A stretch of 64,000 nucleotides of DNA, taken from the NCBI GenBank assembly GCA_040220235.1, contig JAVJTO010000006.1. One strand, 5' to 3'. The DNA is from Coleofasciculus sp. B1-GNL1-01. Lineage in GTDB: Bacteria > Cyanobacteriota > Cyanobacteriia > Cyanobacteriales > Coleofasciculaceae. The notes under the pieces were generated by a model, which did no database searches, was not told the origin of the DNA, and saw only the letters and a list, made by a program, of their open reading frames with translations. Every line of letters starts with the position of its first letter. The first letter of the stretch is position 1. Position numbers and translations under genes: made by a program. Positions 29,930-41,569 of the stretch are shown in pieces.

Positions 29930-32563
29930 TTATTGCAACTGTTCAATTAATTGGCGTTTTGCCGTATCCAAGGCTTCCGGTAGCTTACTGGAATCTCGTC
30001 CCCCAGCTTGGGCTAAATTGGGGCGTCCCCCACCGCCACCGCCGCAAAGTTTGGCAATTCCACCAATAAATTTACCAGCTTGTAGTTGCTTGTCTTTGTG
30101 AACTTTGGCACTAAACGCCGCCACTAAACTAACTTTTCCTTCTGTGGGAACCGAACCTAAAACAACCGCACTGTCTCCCAGTTTCTGTTGGAGTCGTTCC
30201 GCTGCGGTTTTCAGGGCGTCGGGTTCAATGTCTCCCAGATTTGCCACTAAAACTTTGAACTCACCCACGGATTCAGCTTGACTCAATACCTGATCCGATT
30301 TGGCTAATGCCAATTCTTGTTTCACGGCGTCTAATTCTTTCTGAGAGGCTTTGAGTTCGTTCTGGAGATTGGTAATTCGATCAGGGATTTCTTCGGGTTT
30401 TGCCTTAAAGCGATCGCCTAATTCTTTGACCACTTTATCCCGCAGATTCAAATAATCCAATACCGCAGGACCTGCTACGGCTTCGATACGCCGAATCCCA
30501 GACGCGACGCCCGTTTCAGAGACAATTTTAAACACACCAATTTCAGCGGTATTATTCACATGAGTTCCGCCACAGAGTTCCATAGAAACACCGGGGAAAT
30601 CAATCACTCGTACCTCCGAAGCGTACTTTTCGCCAAACATCGCGATCGCACCTTTTGCCTTGGCGTCTGTCAGGGGCATTATTGCCACATCTGCGCCGTG
30701 TGCCTCAGCTATCCAGGTATTAATTTGCTCCTCAATTTGTACCAATTCCTCTGCTGTCAGGGAACGGGAACAATTGAAGTCAAACCGCAGCCGATCAAAG
30801 GCGACTAAAGAACCCGCTTGGGAAATAGACGGATCAACAATCTTTTTCAGCGCCGCTTGTAATAAATGGGTAGCCGTATGATTAGCTTGGGCGCGACGGC
30901 GACAAGCGCGGTCAATTTGGGCGGTAACGGTATCCCCTAGGTTTAGGGTTCCCCGTTCCACGCGACCAAAATGGACAAAGAAGTCGGATTCTTTTTTGAC
31001 ATCTTCAATCCGTACTACTAAATTATCGCCGGATAAATAGCCGCGATCGCCAATTTGTCCCCCCGATTCGGCATAGAATGGGGTTTGGTCGAGAACAACT
31101 TGCACCTCAGTCCCCGTCTGGGCTGATTCAACCGACTCGCCATTTGCAACTAGCGCCATCACTTGGGCGGTAGTGGCAGGTACGGTATATCCTAAAAATT
31201 CGGTCGCCGCCACTCCAGATGTCATTTCATCCAGATTTCCTTGTGCCAATAAATCAACAGTTTCGTGGGCGGCTTGAGAGTTTTCTTGCTGTTCTTTCAT
31301 CGCCGCTTCATAGCCAGCAATGTCCACCGTTAACCCATGTTCTTCGGCAATTTCTTGGGTTAATTCTAAGGGGAAACCATGGGTATCATAGAGGGTAAAC
31401 GCATCCCGTCCGGAAATAAGATCAGGCTTTTGCGCCAGAATATCTGCCAATAACTTCTCGCCGCGTGCGAGGGTTTTGCGGAATTGCGATTCTTCTCGTT
31501 GCAATTCGGCTTGAATCGCATCATTCCGTTCCCGCACATTCGGATAGGTGTCTTCAGCCAGTGCGATCGCGGTTTCAGCGACTTGGGTGGTAAACTCCCC
31601 TTGAATGCCAATTAATCGCCCATGGCGTACCACTCGCCGGATTAAACGGCGCAGGATATAGCCGCGTCCAATATTCGAGGCGGTAATTCCATCAGCAATC
31701 AGATGAACTACAGCGCGAATGTGATCCCCAATCACTTTTAGAGAGACTTTTGTCTTCTCGTCACTCTTGGCGTAATCAACGCCAGCAATCTCAGCCGCCG
31801 TCTTGATAATCGGGAAAATCAGATCCGTTTCGTAGTTATTGGGAACCTGCTGGAGGATTTGCGCCATCCGTTCTAATCCCAATCCGGTGTCAATATTTTT
31901 GTTCTGTAGGGGGGTAAGATTCCCGTCTGCATCCCGGTTGTATTGCATGAACACCAGGTTATAGTACTCAATAAACCGGGTGTCATCTTCTAAATCGATA
32001 TCCTTGTCTCCTTTTTCCGGGTGGAAGTCGTAATAGAGTTCTGAACAAGGACCACAAGGACCTGTCGGACCCGATGCCCAGAAGTTATCTTCTTCGCCCA
32101 TCCGCTGGATACGATGAGCCGGGATACCAATTTTATCCCGCCAGATGGCAAAGGCTTCGTCATCCTCTCGAAACACACTCACGATCAGGCGTTCTGGGGG
32201 CAATTCAAAGACGTTCGTCGATAACTCCCATGCCCAGGCGATCGCTTGTTCTTTAAAATAGTCGCCAAAGCTAAAATTGCCCAGCATTTCAAAGAAAGTA
32301 TGGTGTCGCGCCGTGCGCCCCACATTTTCAATATCATTGGTGCGGAGACATTTTTGCGACGTGGTGGCGCGGGAAAAGTCCGACTGGCGCTGTCCCAGGA
32401 ATATCGGTTTAAAGGGTAACATCCCGGCGATGGTGAGTAACACAGTGGGATCGTCCGGGACTAAGGAAGCCGACGGCAAAACTTGGTGTTGCCGTTTGTC
32501 GTAGAAGTCTAGGAACTTTTGTCGGATTTGGTTCCCGCTGAGGGATTTGGGAGATTTGGGCAT
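29930..32563 (-). CDS. alaS: Alanine--tRNA ligase
   Basis: [48 protein letters not shown]. Confidence 0.98.
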   Translation of the reverse strand: MPKSPKSLSGNQIRQKFLDFYDKRQHQVLPSASLVPDDPTVLLTIAGMLPFKPIFLGQRQSDFSRATTSQKCLRTNDIENVGRTARHHTFFEMLGNFSFGDYFKEQAIAWAWELSTNVFELPPERLIVSVFREDDEAFAIWRDKIGIPAHRIQRMGEEDNFWASGPTGPCGPCSELYYDFHPEKGDKDIDLEDDTRFIEYYNLVFMQYNRDADGNLTPLQNKNIDTGLGLERMAQILQQVPNNYETDLIFPIIKTAAEIAGVDYAKSDEKTKVSLKVIGDHIRAVVHLIADGITASNIGRGYILRRLIRRVVRHGRLIGIQGEFTTQVAETAIALAEDTYPNVRERNDAIQAELQREESQFRKTLARGEKLLADILAQKPDLISGRDAFTLYDTHGFPLELTQEIAEEHGLTVDIAGYEAAMKEQQENSQAAHETVDLLAQGNLDEMTSGVAATEFLGYTVPATTAQVMALVANGESVESAQTGTEVQVVLDQTPFYAESGGQIGDRGYLSGDNLVVRIEDVKKESDFFVHFGRVERGTLNLGDTVTAQIDRACRRRAQANHTATHLLQAALKKIVDPSISQAGSLVAFDRLRFDFNCSRSLTAEELVQIEEQINTWIAEAHGADVAIMPLTDAKAKGAIAMFGEKYASEVRVIDFPGVSMELCGGTHVNNTAEIGVFKIVSETGVASGIRRIEAVAGPAVLDYLNLRDKVVKELGDRFKAKPEEIPDRITNLQNELKASQKELDAVKQELALAKSDQVLSQAESVGEFKVLVANLGDIEPDALKTAAERLQQKLGDSAVVLGSVPTEGKVSLVAAFSAKVHKDKQLQAGKFIGGIAKLCGGGGGGRPNLAQAGGRDSSKLPEALDTAKRQLIEQLQ

Positions 32564-32747
32564 GGTGTTTCACTCAAGGCTAGGAATGGATTGGTAGGAT
32601 TTTGGACGTTAGACTCACCCATCCTAGAAATAACGAGGTTGATCAGTGCGATCGTGATCCATTTTTACACTTGTTATCGATTGTTGCAGGATTTTTGGTT
32701 CTCATACCAAATCCGGGTTAACTACCCCTTACCGAATAGATAGGCGA

Positions 32748-34274
32748 TTAACAGCCACCACCGCCGCAACCGCCGCAACCGCCGCCACCACCGCCCCCGC
32801 AACCGCCGCCGCCACCACCCCCGCAACCAACGCCACTACCACGATTACTACTCACTTTACTCCTAGATACTGAAGTGAATACCATCTTTAAATCAGCCAA
32901 CAAATCGTGTCGTAAAACTTTATTCCCCCAAATCGCAAATGCTAGAGCGAGTTGAGAATCTTCAGGACTTAAAACGTTTAAGGGGATACGGCTACGAAGA
33001 TCATGTAATACTTGATCACCATAGCGACTACGATGTTTTGGAGTCTCCGCTAAACATGAAATCATGAGACTTATAATAAGACACATGATAACTAAAAACC
33101 CCACCGATTTTCCTCGATAAATACCGACGCCTATTTTTGCCATGCCTAATCCTAACAGGGCAACGATTAAAAGGGTTGGATAAACTTGGACTTTAAATAA
33201 TTGCTCCTGGCTGATTAAGAGTTCAAGTTGGTGTAATCGATTTTTAATTTCCTCGATTATTACATCTATTGTTTGAGTCGCCTGTATCCGAACCCGATCA
33301 ATATGACAGCCATCTGACGTAATAGCGTTGGCAACGGCTTGCTCTACAGGATGAGACAATACTTCTACAGTTCCCACCAATGTCAAGGTTCGTTGTTCTG
33401 GCTGTACGGTTACATATTCCTTTTGGACAAGACTAGCGATCGCCGTATCCACAACCCGATTTTTACCTTCAGCCAGATAAGCTACTTCGTAAGGATTAAG
33501 AGATACGGGTTTTTCTACTAGATTGCCACCCGGTAGTCGCAGATAAACTTGGAGGCGGAAAGCGATGAATACAACACCAATGGATAACAGGAAGTAGAAA
33601 ATCAAAAATTCCGAACCTGTGAAGTTTAAGGGATTGGGAATTGTGTAAACAATTTGGCAACCCGTGACAACTGATGCCAAAATAAACAAAAGGAAGAGGA
33701 TGGCGGTGTGTTGGTGTTGCCGTTTGGGTAGCCAATTTAAAGATAGCTTAGGCACAATCCAGTTGTGCTGGGTATTCACCCGAACAACCTGTAAATCGCG
33801 CCCAAATCGGTCTTTGGGATCAGACCAAATATCGATGGGAGGAATCTGCCCAAAAAAGTGTTTGTAACTTTCTAATGTCCTACTATACAAGTCTTCAAAC
33901 TTCAACTGCTCCGATGAACCGCCGCGACTTGGCTCGTGATGCAATGGAGTTTGTAATATTTTTGGGCAAAACTCTTGCCAGTATGATCGCGTATAACTCA
34001 GATGTAAGTGCCAAACTTGATCAACCTGTTCCGATGGCGCGACTGGATGTCCTGCGGCAACAGCGAGAAAGGTAAACTTCTTGTATTCCTCAATTACTCT
34101 CTGAGTATAGTCTAATGACCAGCGGTTATCCTTTGCCAACCGTTTGCTGAACGATAATTGATCATCTAACTGATCCAATGAAAACGCCTGAATTCTTTTG
34201 TATAACTCTGTTTGTGGAGAGTCCATTGTTCTAAACTGGCTATTCATAGGTTTTGTTGACTGATTATATAGCAT
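32748..34274 (-). CDS. Glycine-rich-domain (GRDP-like) + TIGR04222-type membrane protein
   Basis: PS.QVDQVWHLH..YT..YW..FC...HH.P N-terminal domain; G..FL.FY, YE.AYL..G; C-terminal CGGGGGGGCGG tail. Confidence 0.8.
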   Translation of the reverse strand: MLYNQSTKPMNSQFRTMDSPQTELYKRIQAFSLDQLDDQLSFSKRLAKDNRWSLDYTQRVIEEYKKFTFLAVAAGHPVAPSEQVDQVWHLHLSYTRSYWQEFCPKILQTPLHHEPSRGGSSEQLKFEDLYSRTLESYKHFFGQIPPIDIWSDPKDRFGRDLQVVRVNTQHNWIVPKLSLNWLPKRQHQHTAILFLLFILASVVTGCQIVYTIPNPLNFTGSEFLIFYFLLSIGVVFIAFRLQVYLRLPGGNLVEKPVSLNPYEVAYLAEGKNRVVDTAIASLVQKEYVTVQPEQRTLTLVGTVEVLSHPVEQAVANAITSDGCHIDRVRIQATQTIDVIIEEIKNRLHQLELLISQEQLFKVQVYPTLLIVALLGLGMAKIGVGIYRGKSVGFLVIMCLIISLMISCLAETPKHRSRYGDQVLHDLRSRIPLNVLSPEDSQLALAFAIWGNKVLRHDLLADLKMVFTSVSRSKVSSNRGSGVGCGGGGGGGCGGGGGGGCGGCGGGGC

Positions 34275-34461
34275 TTGTAAATGAGTTGTAAACCTAGGAG
34301 ATCTTTTCTTAGATTACTTAAAAACCCTGTATCTCTTTCCCCTATTGCCTATTGCCCATTGCCCATTGCCTTTTTACCAGGTTCCTGTGTTCACGACCCA
34401 AATGAAAACGCTATAGCGATATTCTTCTCAATACAAATACTTATTCTTTGCTAATCTTCAA

Positions 34462-37233
34462 TCATGCTCCATTTTTATACTTGTTATCGGTTGTTGCAGG
34501 GTTTTGGTTCTTATCCTGATTTCTGCGTTCTGTGGCGTCCTCTATTGGTTCCGCGATTTCCTTTTCAAGAGGGCTTATCTTCACTCCTCTTTTCGTGGAG
34601 TGCAAATCCTGGATAACTGATTCCACAGTATTAGCTTGAGGGAAGTTTCCCGCTTTAAGGTTATTGTAATGGCGTTGGAGTACATCACTATCCTGAGACT
34701 TCCAAGAGACAAGACGAGTCACTACGGCTATCTTTTCGGCTAAATCATTTTGCAGTTGAGGTAAATCCTGAGCATTGTTCCAGACTTGGAGGAAGAGTTG
34801 CAGTGTTTTTTTACCCTCTTGATAGTTGAGGGCAGTGGGAATTGATTTAGGCAAGCCAACCCATTTCAACAGGGTTTTTACTTCATCAGTCCCCCCACTT
34901 AGGAAATAGGTTAAAAATCGCCATCGTTCAAAACCTTCAAGTTTCAACTGATTGGGTTCATAGACATTATCCAGGATAACAACAACCTCATTCAACTCCA
35001 ATTTTCGGAGATTAGCTAATGCCCTAGCCGTCCTAACATGAAAATATGAATTTACAGTTTCATCTTGGAGGAAATTGAGAATATCAGAGATGTATGGGGC
35101 GCTGACTTCCCCCAAATTGACTAATGTTCTAGCCGCCAAGCGGCGAATGTCTGAGTCAACGGTTTCATTCTGGAGAATATTAGCAATTTCAGGGATGTAC
35201 TGGATACCAACTTCCGCTAACTTCTCTAATATATCAGCCGCCTTGATCCGAACCTTAGGATCAACAGTTTCATCCTGGAGGAAGTTGAGAATCTCAGGGA
35301 TGTATTGGACGCTGATTTTTCCTAGATTGCTTAAGGCATCAGCTACGTCACCACGAACCGATGAGTCAACAGTTTCATCCTGGAGGAAGTTGAGAATTTC
35401 AGGCATATATTGGACGCTGATTTTGCCGAGATTGCTTAATGCATAAGCTGCCTGACCACGCACAGATGAGTCAACCGTTTTATCCTGGAGGATATGGGCA
35501 ATCTCAGGGATGTACTGGACACCAACTTCCGCTAACTTCTCTAGTATATCAGCCGCTTTGGCACGAACCTTAGGATCAACAGTTTCATCCTGGAGGAAGT
35601 TGAAAATCTCAGGGATGTATTGGACGCCGATTTCCCCTAGCTTGCTTAAGGCATAAGCTGCCTGACCACGCACCGATGAATCAACGGTTTCATTCTGGAG
35701 AAAATTGAGAATGTCAGGTATATATTGGACGCCGATTTCCCCTAGATTGCTTAAGGCATAAGCTACCTGACCACGGACATAAGAGTTAAGGGTTTCATCC
35801 TGGATAAAATTGAGAATGTCATGCATATATTGAACGCCAACATCTCCCATGTTTAATAATTTTTTAGCCGCCCATCCACGCACTCCATCATTAACGGTTT
35901 CATCCTGGAGTACGTTAGCAATTTCAGGAACGTATGGGACGCTAGCTTCTTCAAAATTGGCAAATGTAAATATTTCAGTCGCAAAGTAACGCACCCCATA
36001 ATCAATGGTTTTATCCTGAAGGAAGGTGAGAATCTCAGGTATGTATTGGACGCCGATTTTGCCGAGATTGCTTCTTGCTAATGCTATTGCCGCCGAACGC
36101 CGAACCTTAGGTTCAACGGTTTCATCCTGAAGGAAATTGAGAATATTAGGCATATATGGAGTGCTGCTTTCCCCCAGATTCTCTAATGCGATAGCCGCTC
36201 TGACACGAACCTCATTATCAACCGTTTCATCCTGGAGGAAATAGAGAATATCAGAGATGTATGGCGGGGTGGCTTCCCCCAAAGTAAGTAATGCCTCAGC
36301 CACCCCGCCACGAACGTTATCATCAACGGTTTTATCCTGTAGAATGTTAGCAAGCTCAGGGGTGTATGGGACAGTTTCCCCCAGATTCTTTAGCGCATTA
36401 GCTGCCGAGACACTAAAGCCATTATCAACAGTTTTATCCTGGAGAACGTTAGCAATTTCAGCGATATATTTTACGCCAGCTTTCCCCAGATACCCTAATA
36501 CTTTAGCTGCCAAGGTACGACCGACTAAATCAACGGTTTCATCTTGGAGAATATTGCCAATCTCAGGGGCGTATGGGACGCCAACTTGACCCAGATTTGA
36601 TAATGCTCTAGCCACCAAGCCACGAACTCCATCATCAACGGTTTCATCCTGGAGGAGGTTGAGCATCTTTGGGATATATTGGACGCCGCCTTGTCCTAGA
36701 TTTCCTAATGCTTCAGCTACCCTACCACGAACTCCCCAGCCAAGGGTGGTATTCTGGAGGAAGTTGAGCATCTCAGGAGTGTAGGGGGCGGCGGCTTCCC
36801 CCAGATTGCTTAATCCATCAGCCGCCCTCCAACGCGCCCCATCATCAAGGGTTTGATCCTGAATGAAATTCAGAATCTCAGGAACGTATAAAACACCAAC
36901 TTCCCCCAGATTTCCTAAGACTCTAGCTGCCGAGGCACGCACCCATACATCAATAGTTTCATCCTGGAGTAAGTTGGCAGCTTTCTGGGCAATATCCTCG
37001 GGTTTTTCAACCACCGTTTGCCAGTCTAAAGGCTGGTATGCAATTAATTGCTCCAAAGCATCCAGCTTTACCTCGTCATGCCCATCATCCAGAGCCGCGA
37101 CTATCCCATCAATCTGCCAAGATTGTGGCTGAGGTTTGGGCGGTTCTTGAGCGCTAACCCAAGGGAAGGCAAGTAGGAGCGTCAGAAACAGGGTAAACAG
37201 GAATAAGAAAAACGGGTTTTTGTGATTAGTCAT
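34462..37233 (-). CDS. Secreted HEAT-repeat protein (paralogue B)
   Basis: Signal peptide ending VSA-QEPP; ~20 repeats of ~34 aa with YIPEILNFLQDETVD..VR..AA.AL.NLG. Confidence 0.85.
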   Translation of the reverse strand: MTNHKNPFFLFLFTLFLTLLLAFPWVSAQEPPKPQPQSWQIDGIVAALDDGHDEVKLDALEQLIAYQPLDWQTVVEKPEDIAQKAANLLQDETIDVWVRASAARVLGNLGEVGVLYVPEILNFIQDQTLDDGARWRAADGLSNLGEAAAPYTPEMLNFLQNTTLGWGVRGRVAEALGNLGQGGVQYIPKMLNLLQDETVDDGVRGLVARALSNLGQVGVPYAPEIGNILQDETVDLVGRTLAAKVLGYLGKAGVKYIAEIANVLQDKTVDNGFSVSAANALKNLGETVPYTPELANILQDKTVDDNVRGGVAEALLTLGEATPPYISDILYFLQDETVDNEVRVRAAIALENLGESSTPYMPNILNFLQDETVEPKVRRSAAIALARSNLGKIGVQYIPEILTFLQDKTIDYGVRYFATEIFTFANFEEASVPYVPEIANVLQDETVNDGVRGWAAKKLLNMGDVGVQYMHDILNFIQDETLNSYVRGQVAYALSNLGEIGVQYIPDILNFLQNETVDSSVRGQAAYALSKLGEIGVQYIPEIFNFLQDETVDPKVRAKAADILEKLAEVGVQYIPEIAHILQDKTVDSSVRGQAAYALSNLGKISVQYMPEILNFLQDETVDSSVRGDVADALSNLGKISVQYIPEILNFLQDETVDPKVRIKAADILEKLAEVGIQYIPEIANILQNETVDSDIRRLAARTLVNLGEVSAPYISDILNFLQDETVNSYFHVRTARALANLRKLELNEVVVILDNVYEPNQLKLEGFERWRFLTYFLSGGTDEVKTLLKWVGLPKSIPTALNYQEGKKTLQLFLQVWNNAQDLPQLQNDLAEKIAVVTRLVSWKSQDSDVLQRHYNNLKAGNFPQANTVESVIQDLHSTKRGVKISPLEKEIAEPIEDATERRNQDKNQNPATTDNKYKNGA

Positions 37234-37236
37234 TTG

Positions 37237-39900
37237 TCATTCTCCATTCAGGTTGAGGATAACTGACTCAACCGTATCAGCTTGGGGGAAGTTTCCCGCT
37301 TTGAGGTTATTGTAATGGCGTTGGAGTACATCACTATCCTGAGACTTCCAAGAGACAAGACGAGTCACTACGGCTATCTTTTCGGCTAAATCATTTTGCA
37401 GTTGGGGTAAATCCTGAGCATTGTCCCAGACTTGGAGGAAGAGTTCCAGCGTTTTTTTACCCTCTTGATAGTTGAGGGCAGTGGGAATTGATTTAGGCAA
37501 GCCAACCCATTTCAACAGGGTTTTTACTTCATCAGTCCTCCCACTTAGGAAATAGGCTAGAAACCGCCATCGTTCAAAATATGAATAATAAGTCATATGT
37601 TCATAGGCATTGCTTATAATAATCACAGCTTCATTTAACTTAAGCTTTCGGATATTTACTAATTCCTGAGCTGTCCGGTAACGAACCCATGAATCAACTG
37701 CTTTATTCTGAATTAATGTGAGAATATTAGGGATGTATGTAGCACTATTTTTATCCATTTTTCTTAATAAATCAGTTGCCGCACTACGAACCCGTAAGTC
37801 AACGGCTTCATCCTGAAGTAAGTTGAGAAGATCAGGAATGTATTGGCTGCTAACTTCCTCAAAATTGCCTAAGCGAATAGCCACATAGCGACGCGAATCG
37901 TTGCGAACAGTTTCATTTTGAAGATAATTGAGGAGTTCAGGAATGTATGTGGGTCTTGCTTCTCCCAGATCGACTAATTCCCGAGCTACCCAGTAATAAG
38001 TCCCTAAGTCAACGGTTTCATCCTGAATAATTTTGGCAAGATCAGAAGTGTATTTTGCTTCTCCTTGACCTAGATATTTTAAGGTTTTAGCAATCGCAAA
38101 ACGTATCCACGATTCAACAGTTTTGTTGTCGATAATACTGTTAATTTTAGGAATGTATGGGGCAGTAACTTCCCCCAGATAACCTAATGCTTCAACCGCC
38201 GCATTACGAACCTCTGAGTCAACGGTTTTATCTTGGATAATGTTGAGAATATCAGGGATGTATGGGGCAGTAACTTCCCCCAGATAACCTAATGCTTCAA
38301 CCGCCTCACTACGAACGTTAACATCAACGGTTTCATCCTGGATAATGTTGAGAATTTTCGGGATGTATGGATCGCTAGCTTCTCCCAGATTACCTAATGC
38401 ATCAGCCACATCACTACGAACGTAATCATAAATAATATCATCCTGGATAAATTTGAAAATATCAGATAGGTATGGGGTGCTGAATTTCCCCATATTTATT
38501 AATGCCTCAGCCGCCTCAGCACGAACTTCATCATCAACGGTTTCATCCTGGAAAATCTTGGCAATCTCAGGGGCGTATTGGGCAGCGACTTCTCCCAAAT
38601 TTCCTAATACATTAGCCGCCCAACGACGAGCGTATGGCTCAATGGTTTTATCCTGGAGTAACTTGAGAATATCAGGGATGTATTGGGCGTCGGCTGTATC
38701 CAAATTCTTTAATTGATAAGCCACCCAGGAACGAACTCTATGATCAATAGTTTCATTCTGGAGGAAATTAAGAATCTCAGGGATGTAGGGGGCGCTGGCT
38801 TCCTCCACAGTCCCTAATACATTAGCCGCCGAGAGACGAACCTCATCATTAACGGTTTCATCCTGGAGGAAGTTGAAAATCTCAGGAATGTATGGAGCGC
38901 TGGCTTTCCCCAGATACCTTAGTCCTCTAGCCGCTCTTTCACGAGCGTTATGATTAGCAGTGTCATCCTGGAAAAAGTTGAGAATCTGTGGGATGTATTG
39001 GACACCTGCTTCCTCTAGATCTAGTAATGCATAAGTTGCCTCGACACGAACCTGAGCATTAACTGTTTTATCTTGGACGAGGTTGGCAATCTCAGGGGCA
39101 TATTGGACGGCGACTTCTTCCCGATTACTTAATGCATCAGCCGCCCAACGACGAGCGTCTGAATCAACGGTTTCATCCTGAAGGAAATTAAGAATAGCAG
39201 GGATGTATGAAGTGCTAGCTTTCCCTAGACTGAGTAATGCTTCAGCTACCTTGCCACGCACGTTATCATCACAGGTTTCATCCTGAATAATTTTAGCCAT
39301 TTCCGGGGCATATTTGGCGGCGGATTCCCTTAGATTTCTTAATGCATAAGCCGCCTCATCACGGATCTCTGAGTCAATGGTTTCATCCTGGAGAAAGGTG
39401 AGAATTTGTGGAATGTATTGGACACCTGCTTCCTTTAGATGTCCTAGTGCATAAGCTGCCGAGACACGAACTGTGGAGTCAATGGTTTCATCTTGAAGAA
39501 AGTTGATAATCTGCGAGATGTATTGGGGGTCTGCTTCCTCTAGATATCTTACTAGATATCCTAATGCATCAGCCGCATCGCCACGAACTTCTGAGTCAAC
39601 GGTTTCATCTTGAAGAATATTGGCAACTTTCTCGGCAATATCTTCGGGTTCGTCCACCACAGCTTGGAAGTCGCGAAACTTCGAGTAATCAGCTAATTTC
39701 TGCAAAGCATACTCTTTTACCTGGTCATGCCCATCATCCAGAGCCGCAACTATCCCATTAATCTCCCAAGGTTTTGGCTTAGGTTTGGGGGGTTCTTGAG
39801 CGCTAACCCAAGGAAAGACAAGCTGAAGCGTCAAAAACAGAGTAAACAAGAAAAGGAAAAAGAAAGAAAATGGTTTGGTTGTATGAATGGTTTTTAACAT
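37237..39900 (-). CDS. Secreted HEAT-repeat protein (paralogue A)
   Basis: Same signal peptide and repeat consensus; C-terminal ~105 aa near-identical to paralogue B. Confidence 0.85.
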   Translation of the reverse strand: MLKTIHTTKPFSFFFLFLFTLFLTLQLVFPWVSAQEPPKPKPKPWEINGIVAALDDGHDQVKEYALQKLADYSKFRDFQAVVDEPEDIAEKVANILQDETVDSEVRGDAADALGYLVRYLEEADPQYISQIINFLQDETIDSTVRVSAAYALGHLKEAGVQYIPQILTFLQDETIDSEIRDEAAYALRNLRESAAKYAPEMAKIIQDETCDDNVRGKVAEALLSLGKASTSYIPAILNFLQDETVDSDARRWAADALSNREEVAVQYAPEIANLVQDKTVNAQVRVEATYALLDLEEAGVQYIPQILNFFQDDTANHNARERAARGLRYLGKASAPYIPEIFNFLQDETVNDEVRLSAANVLGTVEEASAPYIPEILNFLQNETIDHRVRSWVAYQLKNLDTADAQYIPDILKLLQDKTIEPYARRWAANVLGNLGEVAAQYAPEIAKIFQDETVDDEVRAEAAEALINMGKFSTPYLSDIFKFIQDDIIYDYVRSDVADALGNLGEASDPYIPKILNIIQDETVDVNVRSEAVEALGYLGEVTAPYIPDILNIIQDKTVDSEVRNAAVEALGYLGEVTAPYIPKINSIIDNKTVESWIRFAIAKTLKYLGQGEAKYTSDLAKIIQDETVDLGTYYWVARELVDLGEARPTYIPELLNYLQNETVRNDSRRYVAIRLGNFEEVSSQYIPDLLNLLQDEAVDLRVRSAATDLLRKMDKNSATYIPNILTLIQNKAVDSWVRYRTAQELVNIRKLKLNEAVIIISNAYEHMTYYSYFERWRFLAYFLSGRTDEVKTLLKWVGLPKSIPTALNYQEGKKTLELFLQVWDNAQDLPQLQNDLAEKIAVVTRLVSWKSQDSDVLQRHYNNLKAGNFPQADTVESVILNLNGE

Positions 39901-39990
39901 AATGAAAATTGTGCCGAACCAGAAAGGCAGAAGGTTCTAAGACAGAAAGCAGCAGGCAAAGGCTTGCTTCTCGCTTGCACGAGTAGGACA

Positions 39991-40018
39991 AATGACCAAT
40001 GACCAATGACCAATGACC
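39991..40018. repeat. Heptamer tandem repeat (AATGACC)x4
   Basis: Read directly from sequence. Confidence 0.9.
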
Positions 40019-40071
40019 CATAACTAAGCTATGGTATCGGATAATGCTTTAAATGCTAAGGAACTGGGAAA

Positions 40072-41424
40072 ATGAAGGTAGAGTTACAGACATTTTTTAA
40101 AGCAACGAACCCTAGCCGGACGCTGGTTGCAGACAATCCGGAAGACCAGAAATTTTATATCGACTTTTCCCCGGTACGCGGGGGGAAGATTATTGAGGAA
40201 CTTAAGGATAATATTACCTTTTTCTCCCCTGATGAACCTACCTGCGCCTTATTTACCGGACATATTGGCTGTGGCAAATCCACAGAGTTATTGCGACTGA
40301 AGGCAGAATTAGAAGCAGATGGGTTTCATGTCGTCTATTTTGAGTCGAGTGAAGACTTGGAAATGGCGGATGTGGATATTGGCGATGTGCTATTGGCGAT
40401 CGCACGGCGGATTTCTCAAAGTTTGCAAACCGTCCAACTCGGCAAATTGACGGGGTTACAGACGCTGGTACAGGGGGCTGCAAGGGTATTAAACGCTGAG
40501 GTGCAGGGGGTGAGAATTAAAGTGCCTAACCTGGGCGATGTGGGTGTTGTCTCTCAAAATGATACCGTTTCTCTGGCGTTTGGGATTGGTGAAATCACCG
40601 CGAAGACAAAAAGTGATGCGATGATGCGACAGCGACTAAATCAGTACCTCGGACCCCAGAAAACCCAACTCTTGCAGATCATTAATCAGGAACTGATCGA
40701 ACCTGCGATCGCGAAACTTAAACAGCAGGGTAAAAAGGGTTTAGTCGTGATTGTCGATAACCTGGATCGGATCGATAATAGCCCAAAACCCTGGGGGCGT
40801 CCACAGCAGGACTATTTATTTGTGGATCAGAGTGAATGTTTAACCAAGCTGTACTGTCATCTGGTTTATACTATGCCCTTGGCGCTGAAATTCTCCGATG
40901 ATTATGGGGTGTTGACGCAACGGTTTCCGGAACGACCGAAAATCTTGCCCATGGTTCCGGTACAGTTAAAAGATGGCAGCGATTGTCAAGCGGGAATCCG
41001 TTTACTGCGACAGATGGTTCTCGCACGGGCATTTCCGGATTTAACAGAACAGGAACGCCTGGAAAATTGTACTGAAATTTTCGATACTTTGGAAAGCTTA
41101 GACTATCTTTGCTACCGGAGTGGGGGTCATGTGCGCGATTTGTTAAAGTTATTGAATGATTGGATTAAAAAAGAACGAAAGTTTCCCTTGTCGCGCCCAA
41201 CTCTGGACAAATTAGTTCGACAATATCGCAATGAAATGACATTGAGAATATCGGATAATCAGTGGGAGTTATTGCGACAAGTGCAGCAACGGAAATGGGT
41301 AAGCGATGATCAGGGTTATGAACTGTTGATTCGCAGTCGGCTGGTGTTTGAATATTATTATGAGGATGAGTCTTGGTTTGATGTGAATCCGATTTTGGTT
41401 GATGCTCAAGAGTTACAGGGATAA
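40072..41424 (+). CDS. P-loop NTPase (cyanobacterial KAP/AAA-like)
   Basis: GHIGCGKST Walker A, VIVDNLDR Walker B, SGGHVRDL, W.DVNP. Confidence 0.85.
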   Translation: MKVELQTFFKATNPSRTLVADNPEDQKFYIDFSPVRGGKIIEELKDNITFFSPDEPTCALFTGHIGCGKSTELLRLKAELEADGFHVVYFESSEDLEMADVDIGDVLLAIARRISQSLQTVQLGKLTGLQTLVQGAARVLNAEVQGVRIKVPNLGDVGVVSQNDTVSLAFGIGEITAKTKSDAMMRQRLNQYLGPQKTQLLQIINQELIEPAIAKLKQQGKKGLVVIVDNLDRIDNSPKPWGRPQQDYLFVDQSECLTKLYCHLVYTMPLALKFSDDYGVLTQRFPERPKILPMVPVQLKDGSDCQAGIRLLRQMVLARAFPDLTEQERLENCTEIFDTLESLDYLCYRSGGHVRDLLKLLNDWIKKERKFPLSRPTLDKLVRQYRNEMTLRISDNQWELLRQVQQRKWVSDDQGYELLIRSRLVFEYYYEDESWFDVNPILVDAQELQG

Positions 41425-41569
41425 TATTTGAGGTAGGGGCGCAAGGGCTTCATCCATCATCCATGTAAACTTAAGCTTAACCCCTCTCCCCCAGCCCCTC
41501 TCCCACCAGGGGAGAGGGGAGCAAGAAGGAAACGGTTAAGAGAATAGCCTCCATTATATAAAATGTAAT

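Noticed and set aside
25950..29930. Retron (type I-A) interpretation of the ATPase-HNH pair
   Set aside because: No reverse transcriptase (YADD) ORF or msr-msd-like region was seen near either ATPase-HNH pair.
34980..39620. Periodic ~102-bp repeats resembling a CRISPR array
   Set aside because: They are degenerate, in-frame coding HEAT repeats with no invariant repeat/unique spacer structure, and no cas genes are present.
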